Of a DNA stretch of 64,000 nt, positions 30,087-39,887 are shown one piece after another (position 1 is the first letter of the stretch; each line of letters begins with the position of its first letter). Below the pieces are notes generated by a model. It was not told the origin of the DNA, did not search any database, and worked only from the letters and a program-made list of their open reading frames with translations. This DNA is from a virus. The stretch lies in the IMG/VR virus record IMGVR_UViG_3300025102_007089, positions 16,614 through 80,613 of that record; one strand, given 5' to 3'. The translations under genes and the position numbers were made by a program.

Positions 30087-32893
30087 AATATAAGTGAGTT
30101 GCTTTCACTTCCCGGAGGAACTGAACTAATGTTAAAGTTAAAAGATGTTAAGGTTCTAGATATGTTTTCAAAGGTATAAGTCTTATTATCATATACAGCT
30201 CGTAAATTTTCATCTCTCATAAACAATACATTATCGTTAGAGTCTATATTAACTATATAATTTACTAGCAGTGGCGACTTATTTTGATCTTTTAACAGGT
30301 AACTAATATTAAACATATCAATATCACTACGATATGAAATAACAGGTGTATCTGCTTCATTGTATCTAATATCTATTCCCGATAAAACAAAAAGATTTCT
30401 TCGTTCAACTAATTCAGAAGTACTTTTTGGAAATATTTTATTTGTCTTTTTATCAGTATAGCTATATTTGTAAATTTCTGGATATACAGATAACGCTTTT
30501 GTATCTGTACTGTTTGATAAAGATTTTAATTGATAGTAGTATACGCTATTATTAGTTGAATATCTATTACTAATCTTATCAAAACTATCAGTATTAATTG
30601 AAAGTGAAATATTATTAGTAAACGGGTCAACATATTTATTGTTTTCAAATCTTAAAGGCTCAATAACAAAAAATGAACTAGTCTCAATAAACAATGTATC
30701 ATATAATAGATCAAAATTAACAACTCTACTACTTAAATCATTTTTAATATTAGGCGAATGCTTTGAACTTAAGTAGTTAACAGCAGTAAATAAATGGGAA
30801 CCAACATTTGTTGATTTGTTATTAACAAATATTTGACCTGATAATTTTTCTGCATTATATCTACCTTCTTTAGATGATATGTCTGATAAAAGAATTGAAG
30901 GTTCTAGAACTGTACTATCATAAAAATATTCTTCTTTTTGTGGTGAATAATCAAACAATAATGTATCAGTAAATTTACCTCCTTCCATTCTAGTAAAGTC
31001 ATCTTGTATACCAGATAAAAAGTAGTTAACAAAAAACGTACCTGATGTTGTAGGTACAGCACTATCGCAGAGTGCTCGCTGCAGCGTGTTCCAGTTTGTA
31101 GGGTTATATCGACCGCTTACCCCAGCTATACCAGCATCAATTAACTCAGAATAATAATATTGTAATCCACTATCAAAAGCAGCGCTTAAATCCGATGATC
31201 TCGGTTCCGGTAAAAACTCATCACACCTTTTCATGAAAAAGGCACCATCTTTAACGCTAGCTGTCTCTACATTATTATCGATTATATCAGTATTATTAGT
31301 AGTAGGCTTTATTAGTTCTTCATAGGGGGCAAAATATCTAAAGAATATATTATAAGCTGAACTTGGTAACTGTGGTGAGTTGTCGCCTATAGTAGTTAAT
31401 CCATTTGTAAAAGAAGTAATCCCTGACCTCTTTGTTTCTAAAAATGTTGTTTTATCAGTTACTGAATAATCAAAACTAAATTCAGAATCAAAAAGAGAAT
31501 CATAGAATTGATAACCATTTAAAACTAAATTAAGAATTTTTTTAGTTTCAATAGTAGTTAGATTTTCTCTAAATAAATTATCGTCTTTTACTAGTCCAAA
31601 AGTATTACTATATATGTCAGTTTTGCTATCAAAAATATATCCTTTATTAAAAAGAAACGACATGTCTGCATCTTCATCTCTCTCAAAAAAAGTTGAACTA
31701 TATCCAAGATAAGAAGTATCGTCTTTATCAGTTAGTGGCTGTAATTTAGCTAATCCACTAGTAAGATTTTTTACAAATTCTGCTGGTTCAATATTAAAGA
31801 CAAGAATATTTTGATTATTGGTATATATACTTGGATCGGGAAAAATATATAAACTATCTGGCTCATATGATTCTTTAAACCCAAACTCTATAGCGTTGGC
31901 TTGTATTACATTAATTCCAGTTTTAGTAGGTTTAAAGAAGCCGGCCTCTCTTTCAGTTTCAATAGAGTTAGCAAACACCGACGCAGTAGTAGGGTAATCT
32001 TGATTTAAAAAATTACGGTAAGGCGCTTCTGCTTCTATTAATTTTTCATATACAAACTCACCTGTACTATTAGAAGATATATAGTAAAAATCTGTACCAA
32101 TATATTTTTCAGTTAAATCTTTTTTATTTTTAAAAAGTTCATTTACTTCTAATATATCTCTTAACTCATCTCCTAACCCTTGAAAAACTTCTTCTATTAA
32201 TTTTGTATTATTACTTAGAAATATATTATCAGTAGGGAGCTCACTAGGATCATAGCTTTTAAAATGCTTACCATACTCTTCTACATCTGGCTCTTGATTA
32301 AAATAAGAAGTAAAAGTATCAAAATACTCAGTTAGATCGACTTGTATATTACTTTTTATAGTTTCTATATCGTAAGTAAATTTAGCATCTTCTCTATTTT
32401 CTAAAAAATCTAATATTATCTCAGTAGATCTTTTTTTAATGTTAAAATTACTACCCTTAGTCTTATACTTAATAGCTACATTTTGTAAATTTTCTCTTTC
32501 ACCTTTATAGTAACTAGCTACTTCTCTAAGTTTTTTACTATAGAACGAAATAGCAATAGATAAATCATTCGGATCATTAAAATCAATTACTGATAAAAAC
32601 TTTTTCTCTGTTTCATTACTATAAAAAATTGAAAGTTCTTTTAAGAAGTCTCTATATCTATCTATAATTATTTTTTTATTATCTGCACTCTTATCGTTAG
32701 TGGCTCTATTCCAATTATTAAGATAATGCGTATAGTAATTCTGTAAGGTATCCGGTTCAAACGAAACCTTAACAACTTTCATAAAATCTATAAAAGATAA
32801 AGCTTGATTTCTATCTAACGCATTTTCCCTCTCAACATTAGGATTAGTAATAGATTGAGGTACTGGCGGAAATCCTTTCTGAACACTTTCCAT
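30083..32893 (-). CDS. Hypothetical virion/baseplate protein
   Basis: 936 aa ORF in the baseplate cluster. Confidence 0.6.
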   Translation of the reverse strand: MESVQKGFPPVPQSITNPNVERENALDRNQALSFIDFMKVVKVSFEPDTLQNYYTHYLNNWNRATNDKSADNKKIIIDRYRDFLKELSIFYSNETEKKFLSVIDFNDPNDLSIAISFYSKKLREVASYYKGERENLQNVAIKYKTKGSNFNIKKRSTEIILDFLENREDAKFTYDIETIKSNIQVDLTEYFDTFTSYFNQEPDVEEYGKHFKSYDPSELPTDNIFLSNNTKLIEEVFQGLGDELRDILEVNELFKNKKDLTEKYIGTDFYYISSNSTGEFVYEKLIEAEAPYRNFLNQDYPTTASVFANSIETEREAGFFKPTKTGINVIQANAIEFGFKESYEPDSLYIFPDPSIYTNNQNILVFNIEPAEFVKNLTSGLAKLQPLTDKDDTSYLGYSSTFFERDEDADMSFLFNKGYIFDSKTDIYSNTFGLVKDDNLFRENLTTIETKKILNLVLNGYQFYDSLFDSEFSFDYSVTDKTTFLETKRSGITSFTNGLTTIGDNSPQLPSSAYNIFFRYFAPYEELIKPTTNNTDIIDNNVETASVKDGAFFMKRCDEFLPEPRSSDLSAAFDSGLQYYYSELIDAGIAGVSGRYNPTNWNTLQRALCDSAVPTTSGTFFVNYFLSGIQDDFTRMEGGKFTDTLLFDYSPQKEEYFYDSTVLEPSILLSDISSKEGRYNAEKLSGQIFVNNKSTNVGSHLFTAVNYLSSKHSPNIKNDLSSRVVNFDLLYDTLFIETSSFFVIEPLRFENNKYVDPFTNNISLSINTDSFDKISNRYSTNNSVYYYQLKSLSNSTDTKALSVYPEIYKYSYTDKKTNKIFPKSTSELVERRNLFVLSGIDIRYNEADTPVISYRSDIDMFNISYLLKDQNKSPLLVNYIVNIDSNDNVLFMRDENLRAVYDNKTYTFENISRTLTSFNFNISSVPPGSESNSLIL

Positions 32894-32905
32894 TTAATAT
32901 ATTTA

Positions 32906-35032
32906 TTAGTCAAACAGAGATAGACTACTAAATAAAGAATTACGAAATACTATATCTTCTATTTTATTATCTCCAGAGAACGCACTTAACGGGGTATCAA
33001 AATCAAACGTGTTTTTAGGATCAGTAAAGTCAAGTAATCCGTCAGTTACAGAACCTTCTACACCTGATGTATAGCTATAAAAAGTATAAAAACTAGTTAA
33101 ATCTTCAGTAGAAAAACTTTCAGGTAATACTAAAGGCCAAGCCCAATTAGTACTATAGGTACTTAAACTATATTCAGTAGTAGTACCATTTAAAAATGAT
33201 ACAGCGCACAATGGTTGAAAGGAATTTAAAAGTATACACTGCTTACTAAATTTTTCTTTAGCAACTATATCTGTACCAGCTGTAACTATATATGAAAGTG
33301 TATCAATTTTATCACCAAGATTAGTACCATATACTGTTGGATTACCACCTCCTTTATCATCTAAATTTTGACTAAATTTATTTCTTGTACCCTTTAATTT
33401 ATTATATTCAGTAGAGAATAAAGAAATAAATCTAGCTACACTAGGTGGAAAATTAAAAAGTGATTGATCGTATATATTAGCTTCTTCATTAACTAACTTA
33501 CTTAAAGATATAATTGATCTTATATCACATGAATCAAGATCAATTTTATTATCTACAAAATTAAAAATTTTAGAATTGATAGTTTTGCCTAATGAAGAAG
33601 AAGAACTACTTAAATCACCAAAAATAGAACCTATAAAATCATCAAATAAAACATTTTTATCTAATAAAATTTCTTGAAATCTTAAACTTTTAAAAATATC
33701 TGTATAATCAACATTTTCGTTTTGCTTTGAAAATCCATAAAAATCTTTAGGAAATGCAGTCAGTGGGACTGCATTACTTGTCAAAGCTAAGTTAACAGAG
33801 CCATTAGTAAATAAACTGCTTACTGTAAGGGTTAAAGAAGTTGTTTCAGTAGAAAGACTGTCATTAAAAGTAAGACCCCCATAATACCAAAAATTAGTAT
33901 CTACACCATCAATAGATCCTGATAAGCTTTCAATAGTAAAGTTACTACTACTTACATTTACACCGTCTTTTTGTAAGGTAAATGTTGGGGTTCCTATAGC
34001 AGATAAATTTTTAACTGTAAAATTTTGTATACTTTTAGGTTTTACTAAAAATGGTATCTGAACACCTTTGAATTGAACTGGGCTTATACCAAATATAGTT
34101 GCTTCTTCTAATCCTTCACTATCTAATCCATTTGAAGTAGCATTTAAACTTGATATTTTAAATGTTGATGAAGCTACGGCATCTACATTAGCAGTTAAAG
34201 TTATACCTAAATTATTATTATTATCGTTTACTGAAAAATTACCAGACTTATCTCTACTAAAAATCTTTTTTCTATCTTTAAATAATTCTATACTTATAGG
34301 GCTACTTACTGAATTATCAGTACTAAAATAAAAATTATTAATACCGGATGAACCTACATATAAACTACCTTTATCAGTACTTTTAGCTGGTACTATTATA
34401 GGAGGATTTACTCCAGAAAGTTTAACATAAACATTTTCCGAGCTTAATGTTAATTTAGATACTTCATTGTATTCATGAGCACTTAAATTATCAATAAAGG
34501 CTCTTTCATAAAAAGAATGATACCGTTTTAAGTGATTAAATTTATATGGTAGTAAGTCAAAATAGTTAGGTAGTCCTGTTCCGGAAATACTAAAAAATAT
34601 ATCATTGTTAGTATTATAAAAAGGAGAATTATTTGTAATAGTAATAGCTTCTGAAAAATGACCTGCAGATAGAGTTAAAGTATTGTTTGGTATACTTATA
34701 GAAAAAGTATTTTCTATATAATCTTTAATATCAACGTTAGCAGAGTAGGAACCTAATACATTGTTATTTTGACAATCTCTTAATACCATTCTCACCTTAT
34801 ACCTACCAGGTAGTTCATAAGTATGAACAGCAGTAGTTGAATGAATTATTGTACCATCTCCTAAATCAAAAGTAGCAGTAGTGTTATTTAGATCTTGTAA
34901 AATTGTACAACCTGCTGGAATGTCTGCTACAAATGTTAAAGGAGTAAGAGATAGATTATAGGAAGATAAAACGTTATCTTGTTTATAATCTTCTACTCTA
35001 AATAAGGCATAGGTTGTATTAATATTACTCAT
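32906..35032 (-). CDS. Virion protein with PKD domain
   Basis: FDLGDGT...AVHTYELPGRYKV motif; directly follows gp6. Confidence 0.65.
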   Translation of the reverse strand: MSNINTTYALFRVEDYKQDNVLSSYNLSLTPLTFVADIPAGCTILQDLNNTTATFDLGDGTIIHSTTAVHTYELPGRYKVRMVLRDCQNNNVLGSYSANVDIKDYIENTFSISIPNNTLTLSAGHFSEAITITNNSPFYNTNNDIFFSISGTGLPNYFDLLPYKFNHLKRYHSFYERAFIDNLSAHEYNEVSKLTLSSENVYVKLSGVNPPIIVPAKSTDKGSLYVGSSGINNFYFSTDNSVSSPISIELFKDRKKIFSRDKSGNFSVNDNNNNLGITLTANVDAVASSTFKISSLNATSNGLDSEGLEEATIFGISPVQFKGVQIPFLVKPKSIQNFTVKNLSAIGTPTFTLQKDGVNVSSSNFTIESLSGSIDGVDTNFWYYGGLTFNDSLSTETTSLTLTVSSLFTNGSVNLALTSNAVPLTAFPKDFYGFSKQNENVDYTDIFKSLRFQEILLDKNVLFDDFIGSIFGDLSSSSSSLGKTINSKIFNFVDNKIDLDSCDIRSIISLSKLVNEEANIYDQSLFNFPPSVARFISLFSTEYNKLKGTRNKFSQNLDDKGGGNPTVYGTNLGDKIDTLSYIVTAGTDIVAKEKFSKQCILLNSFQPLCAVSFLNGTTTEYSLSTYSTNWAWPLVLPESFSTEDLTSFYTFYSYTSGVEGSVTDGLLDFTDPKNTFDFDTPLSAFSGDNKIEDIVFRNSLFSSLSLFD

Positions 35033-36857
35033 CTATTACTGTTAATTTAGCAGCTAACGAATTAGGGTTTATTAAGAACGGAAATTTAAAAAATGGTAAA
35101 GATACGTCTTGGTTAACTAAACTTATATCAGCAGATGGATAAAGAGGATTATAAGATATAAATGATATGCCACTAAAAGATATATTTTCGTTATTATTTC
35201 TAGTTTCTATTCTTTTTACACCTTCAACACTTAGTATTTCAGATACAAGAGTAGAGAGAGATAATTGCTGACCTAAGTTATTATTAGTAGGACCAAAAAA
35301 CTTTGTTATAATAGCTAAAATTCTTGATTTTAAAATTTCTTTATTAATTTTATTATTAGATTCTCTAACTATAACTAACTTTGTATTTTTAGATACTTCA
35401 GGTTCTAAGTCAACTTGATTAGAAAATCCTAAATCAAAAGCCATATAAATAGGGTCTCTTGGAACTACTTCATGACTAATAGTTTTTCTTTCTAAAGAAG
35501 AATCAACTATAAGCTTTTTAATTGAATTACTTAAAAATGGAGGATAGTCACCGTCTTTAGCTATATTAAATCTAGGTACTGTAAATATATTAATATTATT
35601 AAAATCACAACTATCAGAAAAGTTGACTTGATTAAGTAATACTCGATTTGATTTATCAGGATCTACACATATATTATAAAAATACTGTATATAATCATTA
35701 ATAAAGGTCTGATTACTAACAACTTTATTATCTATTAATATATTAGAGAAATTTTTACTTATAAAACCTTCGTAATCAGTTACACTAACAAGTCTTTGTT
35801 GAGAGCTAAATAATTTAGGTGCGTTTTCTCTTATTTCATCTACTGTTTCTTCTGTAGTTATAGGAGAAGACGGTTGTGGATTTTTAAAAGTTAAATTAGA
35901 ATTATTTGCTGATGATATAAATGTCGTAGAATCTTTGTTGGTATATGTATCATCAAATATTTCTCTTTGTCTAGAGCTATCATAAACGAAAAGCTTATTA
36001 CCGTTTATAGCATTTGTACTTACTATACCCCTTTGCCCGTCTGATAAAATATAATTTATAGATACAACGTCGCCCTTTGAAAGCTTTCTACCTGAAGTAC
36101 CATCACCAAATTTTATTTCAAAGTGACCATTTTCGTTCAACCGTTTTTCATAACACCTTGAATTATTATCTTTAATATATAAACTATCTACTTCGCTATA
36201 TTCATAATATAAACCAGAACTAGCTTCTTTAACATAAACACTAACAGTATCATCTGCTATAAATCTCCCACTATCTCCAGGGTCTAGAATATTATCAACA
36301 ACAAGAGTAACCTTTTCAAAATCAGTACCCTGTGCAGTATAATCAGGATATTCACTTACAGATCCTTGATATAGTATTACATTGTTATCAAGTTCAGTTA
36401 ATTTTTGCTCTTTTTGATCAGCTATAGTAAAGCTATAATCACTATTAAAGGTAAAAGGAATACTATCTACTAAGAAGAAAGAATATTTTTTAATAGTATA
36501 ATTACCTACTGCTAAGTCTGCATTTGCAGTAGCGTTTATTGAAGCGAGAGAAGTTTTTTTTCCAACAGGTTTATATCCTATAACCTTAACAATTTTATTC
36601 ATGTTTTCGTATAAGGTCGCCTGGTCGAAAGTAGATTCGGAAGCTGTATTATTTAAATAAAATAACAAAACATGATATGAATAAGCAATTATATCTATAA
36701 TAGCAGCTAAATTACTACCTTCAAAATTTTGATCAGTAAATTTTTCATTTTCATTTAAACGTTGAATAATGAAATCTTTCAAACTTACCGCGTCAAATGC
36801 TGCATATGCATCTTGCGGTAAGTTAAAATCTAAAAAATTATTGTTTTTATCAGCCAT
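35025..36857 (-). CDS. gp6: Baseplate wedge subunit gp6
   Basis: FTDQNFEGSNLAAIIDIIAY, FEIKFGDG..G.K, ETVDEIRENAP..FSSQQRLVS..DY. Confidence 0.92.
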   Translation of the reverse strand: MADKNNNFLDFNLPQDAYAAFDAVSLKDFIIQRLNENEKFTDQNFEGSNLAAIIDIIAYSYHVLLFYLNNTASESTFDQATLYENMNKIVKVIGYKPVGKKTSLASINATANADLAVGNYTIKKYSFFLVDSIPFTFNSDYSFTIADQKEQKLTELDNNVILYQGSVSEYPDYTAQGTDFEKVTLVVDNILDPGDSGRFIADDTVSVYVKEASSGLYYEYSEVDSLYIKDNNSRCYEKRLNENGHFEIKFGDGTSGRKLSKGDVVSINYILSDGQRGIVSTNAINGNKLFVYDSSRQREIFDDTYTNKDSTTFISSANNSNLTFKNPQPSSPITTEETVDEIRENAPKLFSSQQRLVSVTDYEGFISKNFSNILIDNKVVSNQTFINDYIQYFYNICVDPDKSNRVLLNQVNFSDSCDFNNINIFTVPRFNIAKDGDYPPFLSNSIKKLIVDSSLERKTISHEVVPRDPIYMAFDLGFSNQVDLEPEVSKNTKLVIVRESNNKINKEILKSRILAIITKFFGPTNNNLGQQLSLSTLVSEILSVEGVKRIETRNNNENISFSGISFISYNPLYPSADISLVNQDVSLPFFKFPFLINPNSLAAKLTVIDE

Positions 36858-36859
36858 TT

Positions 36860-37348
36860 TTATATAAAGTTATATCCATTACTATTTAATACAGATCTAA
36901 GTGATAGTCCATATACATTAAGAGACGGTACGTTTATTTGTAGTGTAATATTATATTCCTGTTGATCCTCATTAGCACTTACTTCTACTTTTTCTAATTC
37001 TATTCGTGGTTCGAAGTTAGGTAAATTTTCTTCTATATCAGATTGTATCTCTAATTCAGTAAAAGGACTTACAGGATCGAAAATAAATCTTCTTAAATCT
37101 ATTCCAAATTCAGGGTTTAGAATTTTTTCTCCTGGTGATGTAAGTAAAGCATTTGCTATACTATTTTGTATTGACTCTATATCGTATAAACCTTGTACGT
37201 CTTTAAGCTCCTCTTTACGATTTAACTGACGATTAAAGGAGACTCTATTCTCAATATCAAGAAATAAGTCTTTATATAGATATTGCTGCTTAAGAGCTGC
37301 GTCTTCTGCCTCAGTAACTGATACTGAATCTATCTTAATTAAAGCCAT
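36860..37348 (-). CDS. gp25: Baseplate wedge subunit gp25
   Basis: SIQNSI.N.LLTSPGEK..NPEFG..L...FEPRI. Confidence 0.92.
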   Translation of the reverse strand: MALIKIDSVSVTEAEDAALKQQYLYKDLFLDIENRVSFNRQLNRKEELKDVQGLYDIESIQNSIANALLTSPGEKILNPEFGIDLRRFIFDPVSPFTELEIQSDIEENLPNFEPRIELEKVEVSANEDQQEYNITLQINVPSLNVYGLSLRSVLNSNGYNFI

Positions 37349-37376
37349 TACTTATATATTTAATAAGAAACCTCTT

Positions 37377-37607
37377 TTAGACTTCCTCTTCATATTTTAA
37401 CTCTCTCTCACTATCATCTTGATATATATTTTTTAATATTTCAGCAGCTAAATCATCAAAGCTTTCTTCTTCCTCTTCCTTATCTGCTATATGTAATGCT
37501 GCAAGATATTTATTTTTAGCATCCTTTGTACCTTTTGTGCACCCAACCTTCTTTGTACCCTTATATACACAATACTTATTACCTTCTTTTTTAGCTTTAT
37601 ATGGCAT
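37377..37607 (-). CDS. Small hypothetical late protein
   Basis: Basic N-half, acidic C-half; TATAAATA at 37620-37627(-). Confidence 0.65.
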   Translation of the reverse strand: MPYKAKKEGNKYCVYKGTKKVGCTKGTKDAKNKYLAALHIADKEEEEESFDDLAAEILKNIYQDDSERELKYEEEV

Positions 37608-37645
37608 TTTTACTGTAAATATTTATAGATTTAATAAATAATTAT

Positions 37646-38176
37646 ATGTCTAAACAACACAGAAATTTCGGTAAAGATATTCACCAACTAAACGAGACGT
37701 ACAACGAGATGTTGAACGGAGCGCATATGTTTCAAAATACAGGTAATCCTCAAGCTGCAGCTGATAGTATGAAGGAAGAAGATAGACCATTTTCTCCTAG
37801 TCACGGTGCACAAGATAAGATTCCATTTGAAGATAACGAAGATGATAAAGGTATTGATCATCTTAAGCATGCTTTAAAGATGCTCGGTAAGGCTAAGCTT
37901 ATGAAGCATCTCGAAGAGATGGAAGAGGATATCGAAGATGAAGAGTTTAATTTTAAAGGTGGTGATATTGAACACGACTGAGCTTCTCACATTAAACATC
38001 CTCAGTTTGGGGAGTCAGTCAAGAAAGTCCTTCACCATAGCTTAACTTCAGCAGGCGTTATTGAAGAATATTATGTTGAACATAACGGTAAATTAGCAAA
38101 AGTACTTGCTGAAGAAGTTACAGTAGTTCAATTAAATGAGCATGGTGGTAGCGGTAAGAAGAAGAAAAAGAAATAG
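37646..38176 (+). CDS. Putative selenoprotein / UGA-readthrough late protein, 176 aa (ORF track stops at TGA 37979-37981)
   Basis: In-frame TGA at codon 112 (IEHD*ASHIKHPQFG) is followed by 64 sense codons to TAG 38174-38176, with no in-frame ATG/GTG/TTG. A hairpin overlaps or follows the TGA. Confidence 0.7.
37976..38028 (+). promoter_or_regulatory. Candidate bacterial-type SECIS / recoding hairpin
   Basis: GACTGA(37976-81)/TCAGTC(38015-20) plus CTTCTC/GGGGAG. Alternative apical hairpin TCCTCA-GTT-TGGGGA has its loop G 24 nt after the TGA. Confidence 0.6.
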
Positions 38177-38209
38177 CGCAATTACGGCCGATCTGGCATA
38201 AATAAATAT

Positions 38210-38788
38210 ATGGCTAAAGAAAAGAAGTTTGTAAAGCTCTTTGAAAATTATATGCGTAGATTTGAACGCGGCGGCTTTTTAGTAGGCGACGTTTTTAAGT
38301 TTAATGATGACTTTAAGAGTCATGACGCATATAAAGGTTTAGGAGATAACATTAAAGAGCTTATAGATGACATGATTGAATCAGGTCTTCATATTAGAGT
38401 TGTTAATATAAAAGATACAGACCCAGCTCGTTATCCTTCAAATGATCAAACTTCTTCTCTTAAAACAGTTTTAGACATAGCCTTAGATACCGGTGGAGGT
38501 CGTTTTTCTCATTATTGTTCTGTACCCTGTGGGTTAGGTCAACCTGTTCAATATGCTCCAAATTTATTACCTATTCCTGACGCTATGAGACGTAAGGATA
38601 ATGTTAATATTAAACCTGAAGAAGCAGAAGAGGATAAAGATAATATTCAAAATAAGACAGACAGGGGTAATGGTGAGCTGAGTAATACTGAAAGATCTTT
38701 ACCTAAGGACAATACCCAAATTCCATCACAGCCAGCTACCCCATCTCAAGAAGTAAATTCTTATACTAAGCAGTATATCCCTAGTTAG
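38210..38788 (+). CDS. Hypothetical late protein
   Basis: ORF 5 nt after CATAAATA. Confidence 0.7.
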   Translation: MAKEKKFVKLFENYMRRFERGGFLVGDVFKFNDDFKSHDAYKGLGDNIKELIDDMIESGLHIRVVNIKDTDPARYPSNDQTSSLKTVLDIALDTGGGRFSHYCSVPCGLGQPVQYAPNLLPIPDAMRRKDNVNIKPEEAEEDKDNIQNKTDRGNGELSNTERSLPKDNTQIPSQPATPSQEVNSYTKQYIPS

Positions 38789-39878
38789 ACCAGTTAGAGG
38801 TAACTCTAGCTACTCCCCATGGTAGATTATTAACTACAGCATAATTAAAGAGTAATTCTGGACCTCCTGTCCCTTCTCTAGTTGCTAAGACATTCCAGCC
38901 AGTGAATGTATCATAATACTCAGATGTATAGCTTATACCGGCTTTACCAGGCCATGTAATTACAAAATAGAGATTATTTAGATTTTGCCCAAATCCCCAT
39001 TCAAGCATATTGTTGACCATAGCTGCTGGAGGTTCATTAGGATCAGTCGCTTTTTTAATTCTCTTAAATCCCGCAGGAGGCCAGGTAGTTATTATGCGCT
39101 GCGCCGGTAGCATATTGTTTGTAACAGACCATTTAGGAGCTTGTAAAAAGATAGCAGAAGATGATATTAACGTATAGCTATGATCTGTATTACCATCGCC
39201 TACCTTCTTCCACCCTTCAGTTAAAGGAGGAAATTGTTGCTTTAAAGTATAATAATATCCTTCCCATTTGCCTTCTCTTTGTATCCAAAATATATCACCC
39301 CTCGACTCATCTCCTTTTAACAGACCAGGTGAACTACTAATGTTAGCTTCAGCAAATGAAATCGGCACAGGTGTTCCTCTGTTTATAAGAGTCCAACTCT
39401 TATTTGAAATAATATTATTGTTTGCTCTATTTACGAAGCCTCCTATAGCTAATCCCCAATCTTCATTTCTTTTTGATTCATAAAAGAATCCTCGTTTTAC
39501 CATTGTTCCAGAGACGTCTTGGTCGCCATAACCTACAGCTCTCCAACCTCGAGTTATAGGAGGAAATACATCTCCTCCCGGACTCCAAAAAATTTGTAAC
39601 CATGTACCGTCTTCATTTGGCACCCATATAATGTCAGCATTTGCTGGGTTAGTATTACCTAGTACATAAGCAGCAGAAGATGGTCCAAATATTTTACCTA
39701 TTGATCTAGATACACTTCCATTAGGATTGACTGATGTGTTAAGGCCTATAAGTGTTAAAGAGTTAGCTCTTATTCTCTCAACTTCAAAACCTGATAAGTT
39801 AGAGACAGTCTGGGCTCCTAAAGGGGATACTATTGCTAATAATAATATTAAGAGCCTTATTAATAATAAAGGCTTCAT
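38781..39878 (-). CDS. Exported protein with signal peptide and two internal repeats
   Basis: MKPLLLIRLLILLLAIVSPLGA-Q signal; repeated D(I)xW...W......FPP.T.GW..VG.G..D.S.T unit. Confidence 0.7.
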   Translation of the reverse strand: MKPLLLIRLLILLLAIVSPLGAQTVSNLSGFEVERIRANSLTLIGLNTSVNPNGSVSRSIGKIFGPSSAAYVLGNTNPANADIIWVPNEDGTWLQIFWSPGGDVFPPITRGWRAVGYGDQDVSGTMVKRGFFYESKRNEDWGLAIGGFVNRANNNIISNKSWTLINRGTPVPISFAEANISSSPGLLKGDESRGDIFWIQREGKWEGYYYTLKQQFPPLTEGWKKVGDGNTDHSYTLISSSAIFLQAPKWSVTNNMLPAQRIITTWPPAGFKRIKKATDPNEPPAAMVNNMLEWGFGQNLNNLYFVITWPGKAGISYTSEYYDTFTGWNVLATREGTGGPELLFNYAVVNNLPWGVARVTSNWSN

Positions 39879-39887
39879 ATATTATAT

